DNA of 64,000 nucleotides, taken from the NCBI GenBank assembly GCA_013239625.1, contig MU056733.1, positions 1,612,001 through 1,676,000 of the forward strand. The letters run 5' to 3'. The stretch is from Lama guanicoe (Eukaryota). The translations under genes and the position numbers were made by a program. Shown in pieces: positions 36,877-47,730 of this stretch; the stretch's first letter is position 1; every line of letters begins with the position of its first letter. The notes under the pieces were generated by a model. The model ran no database searches and had not been told where the DNA came from. It worked only from the letters and a program-made list of their open reading frames with translations.

Positions 36877-36923
<47 letters not shown>
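36801..36923 (+). mobile_element. tRNA-Ala-derived SINE with 44-nt pure poly(A)
   Basis: TATAGCTTAGTGGTAGAGCATATGCTTAGCATGCCCAAGGTTCTGGGTTTAACCCCCAGTATCTCCA, then A44 (36880-36923). Confidence 0.92.
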
Positions 36924-36924
<1 letters not shown>

Positions 36925-37200
36925 AATCCCAGAAAACATTTAAAATGATAGGAGAACCTAAACATGCTGAAGTACGAGGCAGTGCAGAACGGAGGAAGCG
37001 CTCGGGCAGCCAGTCTGTCATCTCTTGTCGGTTCTGTCACGGAGCTGGGTAGGGGAATCAAACATCAGGGCCCTGGCTCCAGCCCCTAGCCTGACGGTCC
37101 CAAAACACTCTCGTTTCTCAGTTCCTTGGGCATCTCTCCTGGGAGACCCTGGTTGTGGGAAAGCTTCCAGAGCCCAGCAGAACTGATAGGGGGAAATTAC

Positions 37201-37293
37201 CTTTTCACTGTCAATGTGGACAACATCTTTGGCTCCAGGATCTTCCTCCCACAGTGGGGGCCCTTTGGGATCCTTCAGAAAGGCCACTATGGA
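37201..37293 (-). CDS. PDIA5: PDIA5 exon 6 (93 nt)
   Basis: tctcag|TCC ATA GTG...GAA AAG|gtaatt; SIVAFLKDPKGPPLWEEDPGAKDVVHIDSEK (embedded in ORF 37018..37536). Confidence 0.97.
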
Positions 37294-40200
37294 CTGAGAA
37301 AAAGAAAGAGAGAAAGGAAAACCTGTTTTAGCCAGGAAAAAAGGGAGATGGGGGAAATTGAGAACCTGCCCCATTCCCTGCCTGGAGACCCAAGGGCCTG
37401 GAACGATATGCTTACAGTCAAACATATGGGGGCATGTCATCCCATCACCCACTGACAGCACTGCAAAGGCCCCTAAAAACACACCCCACCAGGACTTTTC
37501 AACCACAGGACACCTAACTCTGGTCCACTGATCCACACCTCCAATGCATCTTCATGGACAAGAGAACAAATTTGAGGCAATTAGTTGGCTTATTCAAAAC
37601 AGAGACATGTGCTTCTAATAAAGTTCATCTACTCCAGAAAGTCTTTCTGATGAATCTGAATAAAGGTCTCCAGACCTGTGCCCAGTAGATACTTCCACAT
37701 TCACGCAGCCACTAAAACTGTCAATCACGTATGCAAGTCATCACATCTACTTATAACCTGCTGGATATTTCGTGATCTAAATGGGTTTGGGAGTGTGTTA
37801 AATCCTGATCACCCTCTGTGGGGCTCAGGTGGGGAGCTCCCAGGGCAGGGTGCTCATTGCTGTGGCCCCCTGGTTGCTGGACTTCCTCTCCTTGGAGACC
37901 CCCTTCTAGATGGCCCAGGATGACGATCTGACAAAGACCTTCAGGATAAAGAGCTTGACCAGCCTTTGTCATGTGGACAACTGACTCCTATCTCTGCTCC
38001 CTTGGGGCAGGATCCACATGGGGTGGGAACAGGGGGCACACCCCTCTACTCCCCTCCCCACCTGGCACAGTTCCCCAGTCCAGGACAAAAGCCACATCCC
38101 TCTCCTCTCAGTCACCTGGGAAATGGTGCTCAAAGTCTGTGAGAGCCAGGAACAGGAACCAGAAACCAGCTGAGCCTCCATCCCTCCAACCCTGGACGGG
38201 AGTTGCTGACCTCCACGTCAACAGAGCCCTCAGTGTCCCCCAATTTGATGCAAGATTCTGTTGCTTTTGCCCACTTTTACCAAGCTCCCGTGAGCAGATG
38301 ATGAGCTGAGTGGGTCGTGTGTGACAAAGGAGGGAGGTCTGAGGTAAGAAAGGAAATACCCCCTTAGGGAGGCTATGCATCCCACCCCTCCACTGGCCAC
38401 ACACAGAGGCCCTCAGAGAGGACTGTTATTTCTGGAAATTCCTATTTGGAAAGAGCTACTATGGGAGACTGGGAGACAGCCAGGACTTCGCAGGATTTCA
38501 TTCAGGTAATGCTCCCTGTTGGTCCAAACTGAGCTATGTGATGCCTGCTGGCAAGAGAAGACGGCCGTGTCCACCAGGCAAAGGCAGATCGGCCTTTCTC
38601 AGTCCCGTGTCAAAGCTGCACTGTGAGAATACAAGCCAAAGTGGAACTGGCAGGGACATTCTGAAACCTACACTCACCCACAGGCACAGATGCATCTGTG
38701 CCCCAGCCACGTGAGGAAGATGTTTATGGGTGCCGACCCGCTTGTTGGTCCAGAACACCTGGTGCAGGGGGTCTTAATTAAGGGAGCACTGTGGACTTCA
38801 GGAGTCTCTGCAACCCCAAACTCACAGGAAAACACTTCTTTCAAGGTATGCACGCACACTGTTTCCAGGGAGAAGGTCCATGGCTTTCAGGAGATTCTCA
38901 GTGGGATTAGGAACCCAAAACTACTGCTCTGGAGGCTCCTGATCCATCCCAACACGAGCTGAGTTGAAGGGTTAGCACCCTCACCAATACCTCGACATCA
39001 AGGAGAAAAGATGGATGTGGATGGAGAAAAGAAAGAAATCACCTCTTTTAATGCAACAACTGAAACATTCATACTAGCAATCTTTCACTTCTCAGGTGGA
39101 GATTATTCTTCTTTAGCTGAAGTTGGATGATCCACCCATAGGTTCTCTCCAAATTACATAACCAGCAAGATCTTGGGTGGAAAGGGCTAGAGGGAAAAGC
39201 ACCTGGGACCCTGCCTTCAGCTGTTCTATTCCGAGTGCTCTGAATTCCAGGGAAATGGCCCAACACCCTGCACTTTACTCTTCAGGACGTCTTCCTGGCT
39301 GGGAAACAACATCCATGGTCACAGAACTTGGGAGAGGGTCATCTGAACTTCCCCTTTTAGGCATCTCTGATCCTTGCCACTCACATAAGGATTTCATTGG
39401 ATAGTTGGCTGACAAGCCAAAGGCCACTCACACAGATGCCCCCTCTCTGAGTTCCCCACTCTTTACCCTCACTTATCTGGCCTCTGCACTCTTTACGGGC
39501 CCCGGCACAGTCCCTCTGTCCAGACCCCCACGGAACTGTACAGGGTGACAGCAACACTCACCCTGCCGAGGGCTCCTCCATCTTTCTGGAAACAGAGGCT
39601 CAGGAGAGACCCTAAAGGAAAACTGATCCATGACTGAGGGGGGCTTTGGTCTGGGCTGCTCCCCCTGAGGAGCAGGAGCTGCCAGGCAGTCATGGGGAGC
39701 TCTGCCCCAACGCCTCCTCCACCCTGGAGAAACCCAGGGACTCTACCCCAGCCCTTGATGGCCCTGTAGGCTTCAGGGACGGTGGGGCCAAGGATGCCCT
39801 CTCTCTGCCCTACACAATGCTCACCTCACTTCTCCAGCCTGTTGACGCCTGAATCACAGGAAGGACAGAGCAGGCAGATCCCACACACCTGGTCTTTGTG
39901 AGGAGGTGGGCAGAGGCCAGGACTTGGCCTCCCCCTCCCAGGCAAGGCAAAGGCCACCTGGGCTCCTTTCCTACGGTGACACTTTCGAGCAGCTGTTATT
40001 CCCTGCTCCACAATCTCACAACAGACTCAGAGGGCCAGCTAAATACAAACCGAATACAACCTCCAAACACAAAACAAAAGCCCCCGCTCCCTCTTTCCAT
40101 CGGCACCTCTCCCACCCCATCCAGCTAAATCTAGTTCCTGGAGAGCACCTGTTCCGTCCAAGGACTTCAGCTGACATCTTAACACAGAATAAGAGGGGGT

Positions 40201-41141
40201 TAGTAACTCTAGTTGGTAGAATCTTCTCTAAGTGTCTAAGTGGGTGTTAAGATGATGAGTAATCAGGCTGAGTCTCTATAAGGAAAAACCTGTGGCCACT
40301 TAAGAACACGCGTGAGTGGGTAAACAAGACATGACCAGGGAGATGGGGGGGCAGAGGGAGAGGGGCACTGACAGCTGCATAGACAGATGGTTGGGCAGGA
40401 AAGAATCGAAGGAAACAGATGGAAAAAGACAGAGAGAGGAGCACAGGTCCAAGAAGTCTGGGAAGCAGGAGAGTCAGAGAGAGTAGGTTCAGCATATGCT
40501 GGGAACAGAATACACAGCCTTGCGCAGGGCAAGGGGGACACCGCCTGGACCAGAGGCGGAAGAAAACTGATCTAAGGAAGGGAATGCACAAATTGAAGGA
40601 GGAGAATCCAAGGGTATTGAAAGATTCAGGGCTGGGGGAGCCACTTTAAGATAACAGGACAGCACCGGCAGGTCAGAAGACTCCATACTTAGTTCCACTG
40701 ATGCTTTTCCATCTCCTTCTAAATTGAATTTGTAGCAGGAAGCGTCTCACTGACATTGGCATCTCTTCTGGGATGAGCTGCATCAGTCCCAGAGGTGCTG
40801 CCCTGCCCAGGTCCTGTGCTCACCTGGGCACAGCTAGCCCCCTCCGGCCCGTGGGCAGCCACCATGGACACTACTGCAGAGATGAGGGAGGGCTTTGAAG
40901 CCACAGCGAAGGGAGACCCAGGCCTTTGGAGGGGAGGGCATGACATCACACGCCTTAATGGATGACTGCTGACAGATTCACAAACTGTCTACAAGGCGGG
41001 TCATCCCCACTGGTTCACCAATTAGAAACTTTCCCAGATAGTCTGCTGATCTATGCTCTAGAGACGACAACCCCTCAGGTCACTCGGAAGGGCACCCGTG
41101 CACTCTGCCCTTCCTCTTGAGAATGAGGGAGGGAGATTTAC

Positions 41142-41187
41142 CTTAAACGTCACAGCTCGGTTATATTCAGTATGAAATGCACCATCC
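41142..41187 (-). CDS. PDIA5: PDIA5 exon 5 (46 nt)
   Basis: tgacag|G GAT GGT...TTT AAG|gtaaat; (Q)DGAFHTEYNRAVTFK. Confidence 0.95.
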
Positions 41188-41437
41188 CTGTCAAATGAGA
41201 AAAAGGTGTTAACTTTGGGAATGGTTGTGAAGACACTTACCTTTGGTTTCCGGCAGCATCTTAATAAGATTCAGCTACTGAACACAGTTCAAGACTTTTT
41301 TTTAAGAAATAATTGTAAACACAGAAAAAAATCATTCTGAAATAAAATTAATCTCACTAAAAATCGCTGTTCACTGAGAATACCAATAAAAGCTTCCAGC
41401 ATTCACTTGGAAATTGGAAATGCCCACGTGTACTTAC

Positions 41438-41521
41438 TGGTAATGGAATAATTCGACCTTTTTGTCCTTTGCACTCAGGTCAACTTTCATCTTCTTGCAC
41501 AATTTTCTACTCTCTGTATCA
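41438..41521 (-). CDS. PDIA5: PDIA5 exon 4 (84 nt)
   Basis: tttcag|T GAT ACA...TAC CA|gtaagt; (G)DTESRKLCKKMKVDLSAKDKKVELFHY(Q). Confidence 0.96.
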
Positions 41522-41810
41522 CTGAAAGACACAAATATTGGGGCCACTTGTTACCTGAAGCCCTCACAAAGGTGTCAACAGAGTAAAATCTGCCGGTGGC
41601 CTAAGAATAAAGCAGGTAGCTTGGCATTCTCAACAGCAAGTGAGGCCCTCACTACAGATGGGTTCTCAGGGAACTGGAGGAAGGAGAGAAACCAGCAGGA
41701 CAGGGACCAGTAGATGGGGAGGACATATCACTACCTGTAAGGGGCAACACTGACAGGGCCAAAGGAAGAGCCCCAGACAGCCCATCCTCAGAAGAAAAAG
41801 CAGCTCAGGA

Positions 41811-41960
41811 TAGTGGTTCCCAGTCCTGGCTGCTCATTAGAATCACCTGGGGAAGTCTTCAAAAATACTGACTCCCTGACCCTCCCCAGACTATGACTTC
41901 AGAAGCTCCGCCAGCAGCCCAAGCAGGTTTCTGTTTCTAAGCTTCTAATGTGTGCCAGGC
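41811..41960. mobile_element. MER5-like DNA transposon relic
   Basis: agtggttcccagtcctggctgctcattagaatcacctgggga...aaaaatactga. Confidence 0.65.
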
Positions 41961-42191
41961 GCCACCAGGGTAGGAGGAAAATGTTGTATGATGTTGAAGG
42001 AGTTATGAAATCTGACCAGATACTGACAGAAGCCAAAAGGAGAAAAGGGAAAGGTTCAGTGAGGTGCTAGCACCTGCAAGATCACACTCCTAAAATTCTC
42101 CTAGTTATGAACCGTCTTCCGGGTGCCACCCTCTGCTTACCAAGTGCTCGCTCGTGGCCTCCTCTAATCTTGGCTCCCTTTCTGTTAGACC

Positions 42192-42345
42192 TCGGATCTC
42201 AGAGTGTGGTCCTGGAACCAGCAGCAACAGCACCACCCAGGAAACTGTTAGAAATGCAAATTCTCTGCCCCTCTCCCAGATCTACTCAATCAAAACTCCT
42301 GGCGACTCCTTGAGCAACTGTGTTTTAAGGAGCCTTCCAAGGGAT
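42192..42345. mobile_element. MER5A-like DNA transposon relic
   Basis: tctcagagtgtggtcctggaaccagcagcaacagcaccacccaggaaactgttagaaatgcaaattctc...ccagatctactcaatcaaaactc. Confidence 0.78.
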
Positions 42346-42985
42346 CCTGGCCCCTGCCACCGCCCTGCATGGCTCTTCCTCCTCTCCTCCGACTCACTCC
42401 CACCTCCTTGAAGTTCAGCTTCCCCTGTGCCCTATACCAGACCCCTCAGGGACCTTATCTGCTCTCACAGCCTCCCCACGACCTCACCACACTCAGCCAA
42501 GTCTGCCCAATAGCCAGCCAGAGGCAGCTACCCTACCCATGGGGCAAGGCTCTGTACTCCAGGGCCTTCTCCCCAGATGTCAATGAACTCAGTGAGGGCA
42601 TCTTGGCCTCTAACCCCCACTGGTCCTCGCTGACTACATCGCATGAGAAAACCTGCTCTGCCAGGTGTGACAACCACCTGAGGGAAGTCCCTTCATCTCC
42701 CATTTGTAGACACACCGCACTACCTTCGACAGCCATCAGCTTCACAAAGCTGTGCACCAGCTCCAGAACAGATGCACTAATTAAACTATTCAGTTCAATC
42801 CTTAAAGCCATACTCATCAATGGGTAAGCAAAATTATGGGACCTCATTTTAAGTGTAGATATGCAATTTGTAATCAAGAAGCAAGTCTTATAGGACAGGT
42901 GTGCGTGGGTCTGAGAGGGGGCGTGTCAGGCACTCCCCAGGCCCAGGGCTTTCTCTCCCTAGGTAGTCCTACCTGTGGTAGCCAT

Positions 42986-43021
42986 CACTGCAGCCACTGC
43001 AGCCACTGCAGCCACTGCAGC
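42986..43021. repeat. 9-bp tandem repeat (CACTGCAGC)x4
   Basis: Four perfect copies. Confidence 0.9.
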
Positions 43022-44010
43022 TCCCAGCCCCTGGGCCTAGCACACAGGGTACTCAAGAAATGCATGACAAATTCAGAAAGCAAAGGCTGATGACATGGCT
43101 GTGACTGCTCCCCCAGGGTGGCAAGAGCATTCTAAGATAGGGAGCCCAGGGAGGAGGGATAACTGGTGTGCAGAGGGGACCCAGAAGGGCCGAGAGCACA
43201 CATCAGGAGGCCTAAAGGGCAGCTCATGCATCCAGTGCCTGAACTTTTACCCTGAAGCTTTGTGGGGATGCCAGGCACACCCCCACTGACCATGGCAATT
43301 ACAGTGTGGGTCTGCCTTATCCCTCAGGGGCTCTGTGGTGAAGCCACACTAACAGGCAGTGGGTCTGTTTGACAACTGCATCTGAGGAACACTTTCCCTG
43401 CCCCAGGAAAGACGGGAGGCCTTGACTCAGGATTTTGTAACCATCTCCTTGGCACTTTTCTCTGTCTGGCTTTGTTCTGCTCCATGCAACCACTTCTGTG
43501 ATCACCTACTGTCCACCTGAATGCGACAGCAAATAGTGGCTGGGACAAGACCAGATCCGGGTACCTGCAGCCTCCCTTGGCCCCATGCTGGCATCCACTG
43601 GGGGCGCCCGAAGGGCCTGCTCACCTGCCGCAGCCACCCAGACTGCAAGGCAGGCTCCTCCATTGAGCCTGGCCGGCAGCTGCTTCCTGTGACTTCTAAA
43701 GCAGAGATGAGCGATGGGGCCCAGTTGTTGCAACCCCTGTCCCTACCAGCTGTGCAGGAACCTGCTCCATGGGAAAGCCTGGCTGCTGCAGCCTTAGGAG
43801 TAATGTTCCAAAGCAACCAGCTGGACTGTGTGGAGCTAAGAGGGTGCAGAGGTTCCCCAGCAGCACGTCCAGCCCTGCCTGCAGTTACGGTCTCCACGGC
43901 AGGTCAGGGGCCACAGCTCCGTGTCTGCCACAAGAAATCCTGTGTGACCCTCTCCCCTCCTTATGTTATGGGATACTCCTCGAGGATTCTCTTTTCTCCT
44001 CTGTCCCAAA

Positions 44011-44048
44011 CAGACAGACAGACAGACACACACACACACACACACACA
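44011..44048. repeat. Compound (CAGA)n(CA)n microsatellite
   Basis: cagacagacagacagacacacacacacacacacacaca. Confidence 0.92.
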
Positions 44049-44425
44049 TGAATGCAAATACACACGTTCTCAGAGGGGTCTGTGGAGAGATGGCTTCCTG
44101 TCCTCTCTAAGCACCTCTGGCACAGACCCCAGAGCGTCAGCCACCCACGCCCAGCACTCCCACACAGAAAGGTCTGCTCCACCCAGGAGAGAGCTTCATT
44201 TTGTTCACAGCTATTTCCCTAGGGTTACAAGGGCACACAGCAGGAGCTCTGAATAGCCTGAGTGAGTGATGCTGGCTCGCTGCGCTGGGATGAGGCTCTC
44301 ACTGCTGGCTCTCTGGGCTCTGCCTGCTGAGCTCCAGGAATCCTGCCAGGTGACAATTCCTGACACTGCTCTCTCAGGTCGGCTCCCCTTCCTCCTATGA
44401 TTCTGCCTCTCAGAGCGTGTAAGAG

Positions 44426-44427
<2 letters not shown>

Positions 44428-44457
<30 letters not shown>
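44428..44457. repeat. (GT)15 microsatellite
   Basis: Uninterrupted GT run. Confidence 0.92.
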
Positions 44458-44460
<3 letters not shown>

Positions 44461-47400
44461 CACACATGAATTGTGCAGTACAGTAAAAGAGAAGAGAAAG
44501 GAGGGAAGAGAAATTACCCAAGCCCAGGGACATAAAAGGATCTGAGTGGATAGATTAAGTACAATTAATGGATCTCCTGGCTTCCTCCCTTCCCCAGCCA
44601 GTGATTGACGCTCTGGAGGGAAAAGCACTGAGGTGAGCAGGGAAACGAGCTGCTTTGCTGGGATGGAGAGGGAGGGAGCGGGGAAATCACAGAGAGCAGA
44701 CTAGCCGTGCAAAGGCCCTTGCCGGCCACTGCCCTGACCATCCTGCAGGAACCAGCCTTCTCTGCTGGGGAGGCTGAGCCTCACTGCCCTCTGCTTGTTT
44801 ACTCACCCACGACCTGCTCCCTCCTCCCAACTCCCACCTCCCTCAGTTCTCCCCCTCCAAAGAATGGAGGAAGGATAGAGGCCAATATACGCTTCCTTCC
44901 CTACCCCCAGCCCAGACAGACACAAACACATGGGCGTTTTCGTTTGACTCTGTTGTGAATGGCCGTCCAGCGGCATGGCATGGCTGCTGCAGGGACATGG
45001 TACTGCGTTTACCTAGATTTTCATGTGCAGCTGTGATCACTCAAAGGACTGGCCACTCACACTCCTGGGAGTCAGACCCAGGGAGGAAAGGTCGGGGGTG
45101 AGAGCAGGAGGAAAGAGAAGAAACAAGATGCTGGAGGCTCAGGAAGGGGAGGTACGCGACTTTCAAGTCGCAGCCCAAGTACCAAACCGTCCCTGGAGGA
45201 GGTCCAACAGCCAACTGGAGGGACTGAAGGCTTCTACATCTGGTTCTGCCACTAGCCAGCCTCGACCTCTGGCGGGGCCCTGGGTTTCCGGAGTTCCAGA
45301 ATGCAGGAGTTGTCCACGTGAGCTGGATGGAGCTTTCGATTCCTCTACAGGGTCAGGTACCAATAAAGCATCAAGGCAGGTTGGCCCACATCCTGACAAG
45401 TGAACCAGGAGCCAGAACCCAGCACAGCTGGTGGAGCCTCAGAACAATGTGAACCTCCATCACCTCTCTCCTCGCCCCCCAGTGGGACCTTCACTCAGCG
45501 AGACAACATCCTTACGTCCACACAAACCTTGGGCAGCCTCCTGCAGCGGGTAGAAAGCAGACTACACCAAGGACCAGAGCCTGTCTTGGCCACTGTGTGC
45601 CCTTGGCTAACCTGGCCCTCCTGGAGTCTATTTCCCCTCTTTCTCCCATCTGCCAGGTCTAAAATGGTGGGATCCTGAGCAGATGGACCCATGATCCCTG
45701 AGGGTGGGTAGCAGAGGAAAGGCAGGAGGTAACCCCACTTCAGAGGCATGAAGAAAATACAAGACAAGAAGCAAGTGAGCAAGAAACAGTCAGAGTGACA
45801 GCGAGGCGCCAACTACGGAGGACAATATGGAAGAATGTAGCTGGAGGACACTGGGGAACAAAGGCAGGGGACAGAACAAGCCTGGAACAGCTGGGCCCTC
45901 AACTTGGCCAGACCTTGGCCCTCGCTGATGAAGGGACTCCCTCAACACGGATCATCCCAGGTCTGGCTGTTCTCCTTGGCGCCCAGCTCAAGGAGGCACA
46001 TGATAAAGTATGAATTATGCAGTGCAGTTCATAAAAGTGCTGGGAATACGAGAAAGAGGAGCGTGCCTTCTCGTCCTCCACCTGCCTGTTCAGCCCAGTA
46101 GTTCTAAGAGGCACACGTCACCCCCACGAGTGCAGGGCAGCGTGCCAGGAGGTGTCTGCAGCCATGACACAAACACAGCACTTCCTCTGGGTTTCCTTTA
46201 CTTTATCCTACAGTAAGTAATTTAAACTTGCTTACACATAAAGGAGCAAATGCTAAATTCAAATAATTTTTGGAAGAAAACATGAACTTCGAAATATGTT
46301 ATGAATGCCCCAGCAGGCCCCACGTCTTGGATCAGGGAAGCTAGCACTGCTCAAGGGAAAGAAAGCAGATGGGAGAATGAGAGTGGGAAGAAGGAAAACG
46401 CAGTAAGATAATGACCTTGAACCCTCAGGAGAAGAAAGCAGCTTGCACCCCCAGGGCAGCCTCGGCCCAGGGAGAATCAGCCCCAGGAATGAGCAGATGG
46501 GGCCCAGCGCCTGCCCACGGGCCCCAGCTCTGCTGCCCAGACAGCAGGGCTCCGGGAGGACAGGCTGCGGGGGAAGGCCGACTCCCTCACAAGCAGCCTG
46601 CTTCCGAGCGGACAACCACCACCAGCCAACCATCAGCCCTCTACCATCAGGCACAACTACCGCCAGCCACGCTGAAGAGGGCTGAGCCAGGAGGTGGAGT
46701 GAGGGGAAGGGAGAGCTGACAAATCCCTGGAGAGAAGCCAGACACCCAACAGACATCTCCCAGCAACAAGTTACAGCCCGGGGCCTGGGAGAAAATCGGC
46801 AGACGGGGTGTGTGTGTCTGTGAATGCGCAGGCAGGGGTAGGGAGGAAAGAGCCAGAAAGGCAAGAAAAAGAGAAGTATCCACACAGAGGAGAGAGGAGG
46901 GAAAAGACCAAAGAATGGGGGAGGCAAGGACCAGAGAAAGGAAGAGGCAACAGAAACTCTCAAGGGAGGGGGAAGAAAGGGGAAGAAGGGGGAGAGAGGG
47001 GAGGGGCTGACAGGGAGGGACTGGAGAGTGAGAGGCAGACACCCCGGTCGGTAGTGGGAGATGCAAAGCCTGCAAGACACACCCTTCCACACATTTACAC
47101 ACGCACACACACTGCATGCCAAGCCTGGCAGCTTCCCAGATGCTCTGAACCAGGCCACGGAGGGGTGAGAGCAACCTGGAGGATTCAACTCTGCATTTCA
47201 CGAGGGAGTAAACTGAAGCCCAGAGAGGGGCAGTGACTTGCCAAAGGTCCCAAAGGTATCTGCTGTCAGAGCCAGGCTCCCTGACCTGCAGTCCTGCCAG
47301 TTCCACTGCAGCCCCACAGTTCTTAAGGGGCAAAGCAAAACCCCCTGCACACTGGGACTGATTCTCACGCCCAAAACTTTCTTCAGGGTACCCTCAGAAG

Positions 47401-47589
47401 AACCAAGGGATCCCCATCCAAGAAAAAGCTGTTGAAGACAAACGTACACTTCTCCCCTCTAACCCCCAGCTTCTTCTTGGAACACCCTGAACGATCTGAC
47501 CCAGATGAAAACTAACAAGAGCAAAGTGCAATCTCACATTTAAATTCTATTCTAGAAAGAGCCTTCATTTACCTGATGCTTACCACAGA

Positions 47590-47730
47590 CCTGGAAAGAA
47601 GGCAGAATATGTATTATTGTCCCATTTTACAGATGAGGAAACAGACGCAGGGTAACTAACCTGTCCAAGGTCCTGAAGCTAGTAAGTAGTGGAGCTGAGC
47701 CCTCAATTTGGGCCTGGGCCATAAGCTGCA
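47590..47730 (-). mobile_element. MIR relic
   Basis: attattgtcccattttacagatgaggaaacagacgcag...aacctgtccaaggtc...gctagtaagtagtggagctg. Confidence 0.78.

Noticed and set aside
42986-43021. Repeat array as a CRISPR-like or coding (HCS)n element
   Set aside because: Simple 9-bp tandem repeat with no spacers, in a eukaryotic intron.
46259-47188. 309-aa minus-strand ORF, the longest in the track
   Set aside because: Low-complexity Pro/Leu/Ser/Phe translation of a pyrimidine-rich intronic tract; non-ATG start and no recognisable domain.
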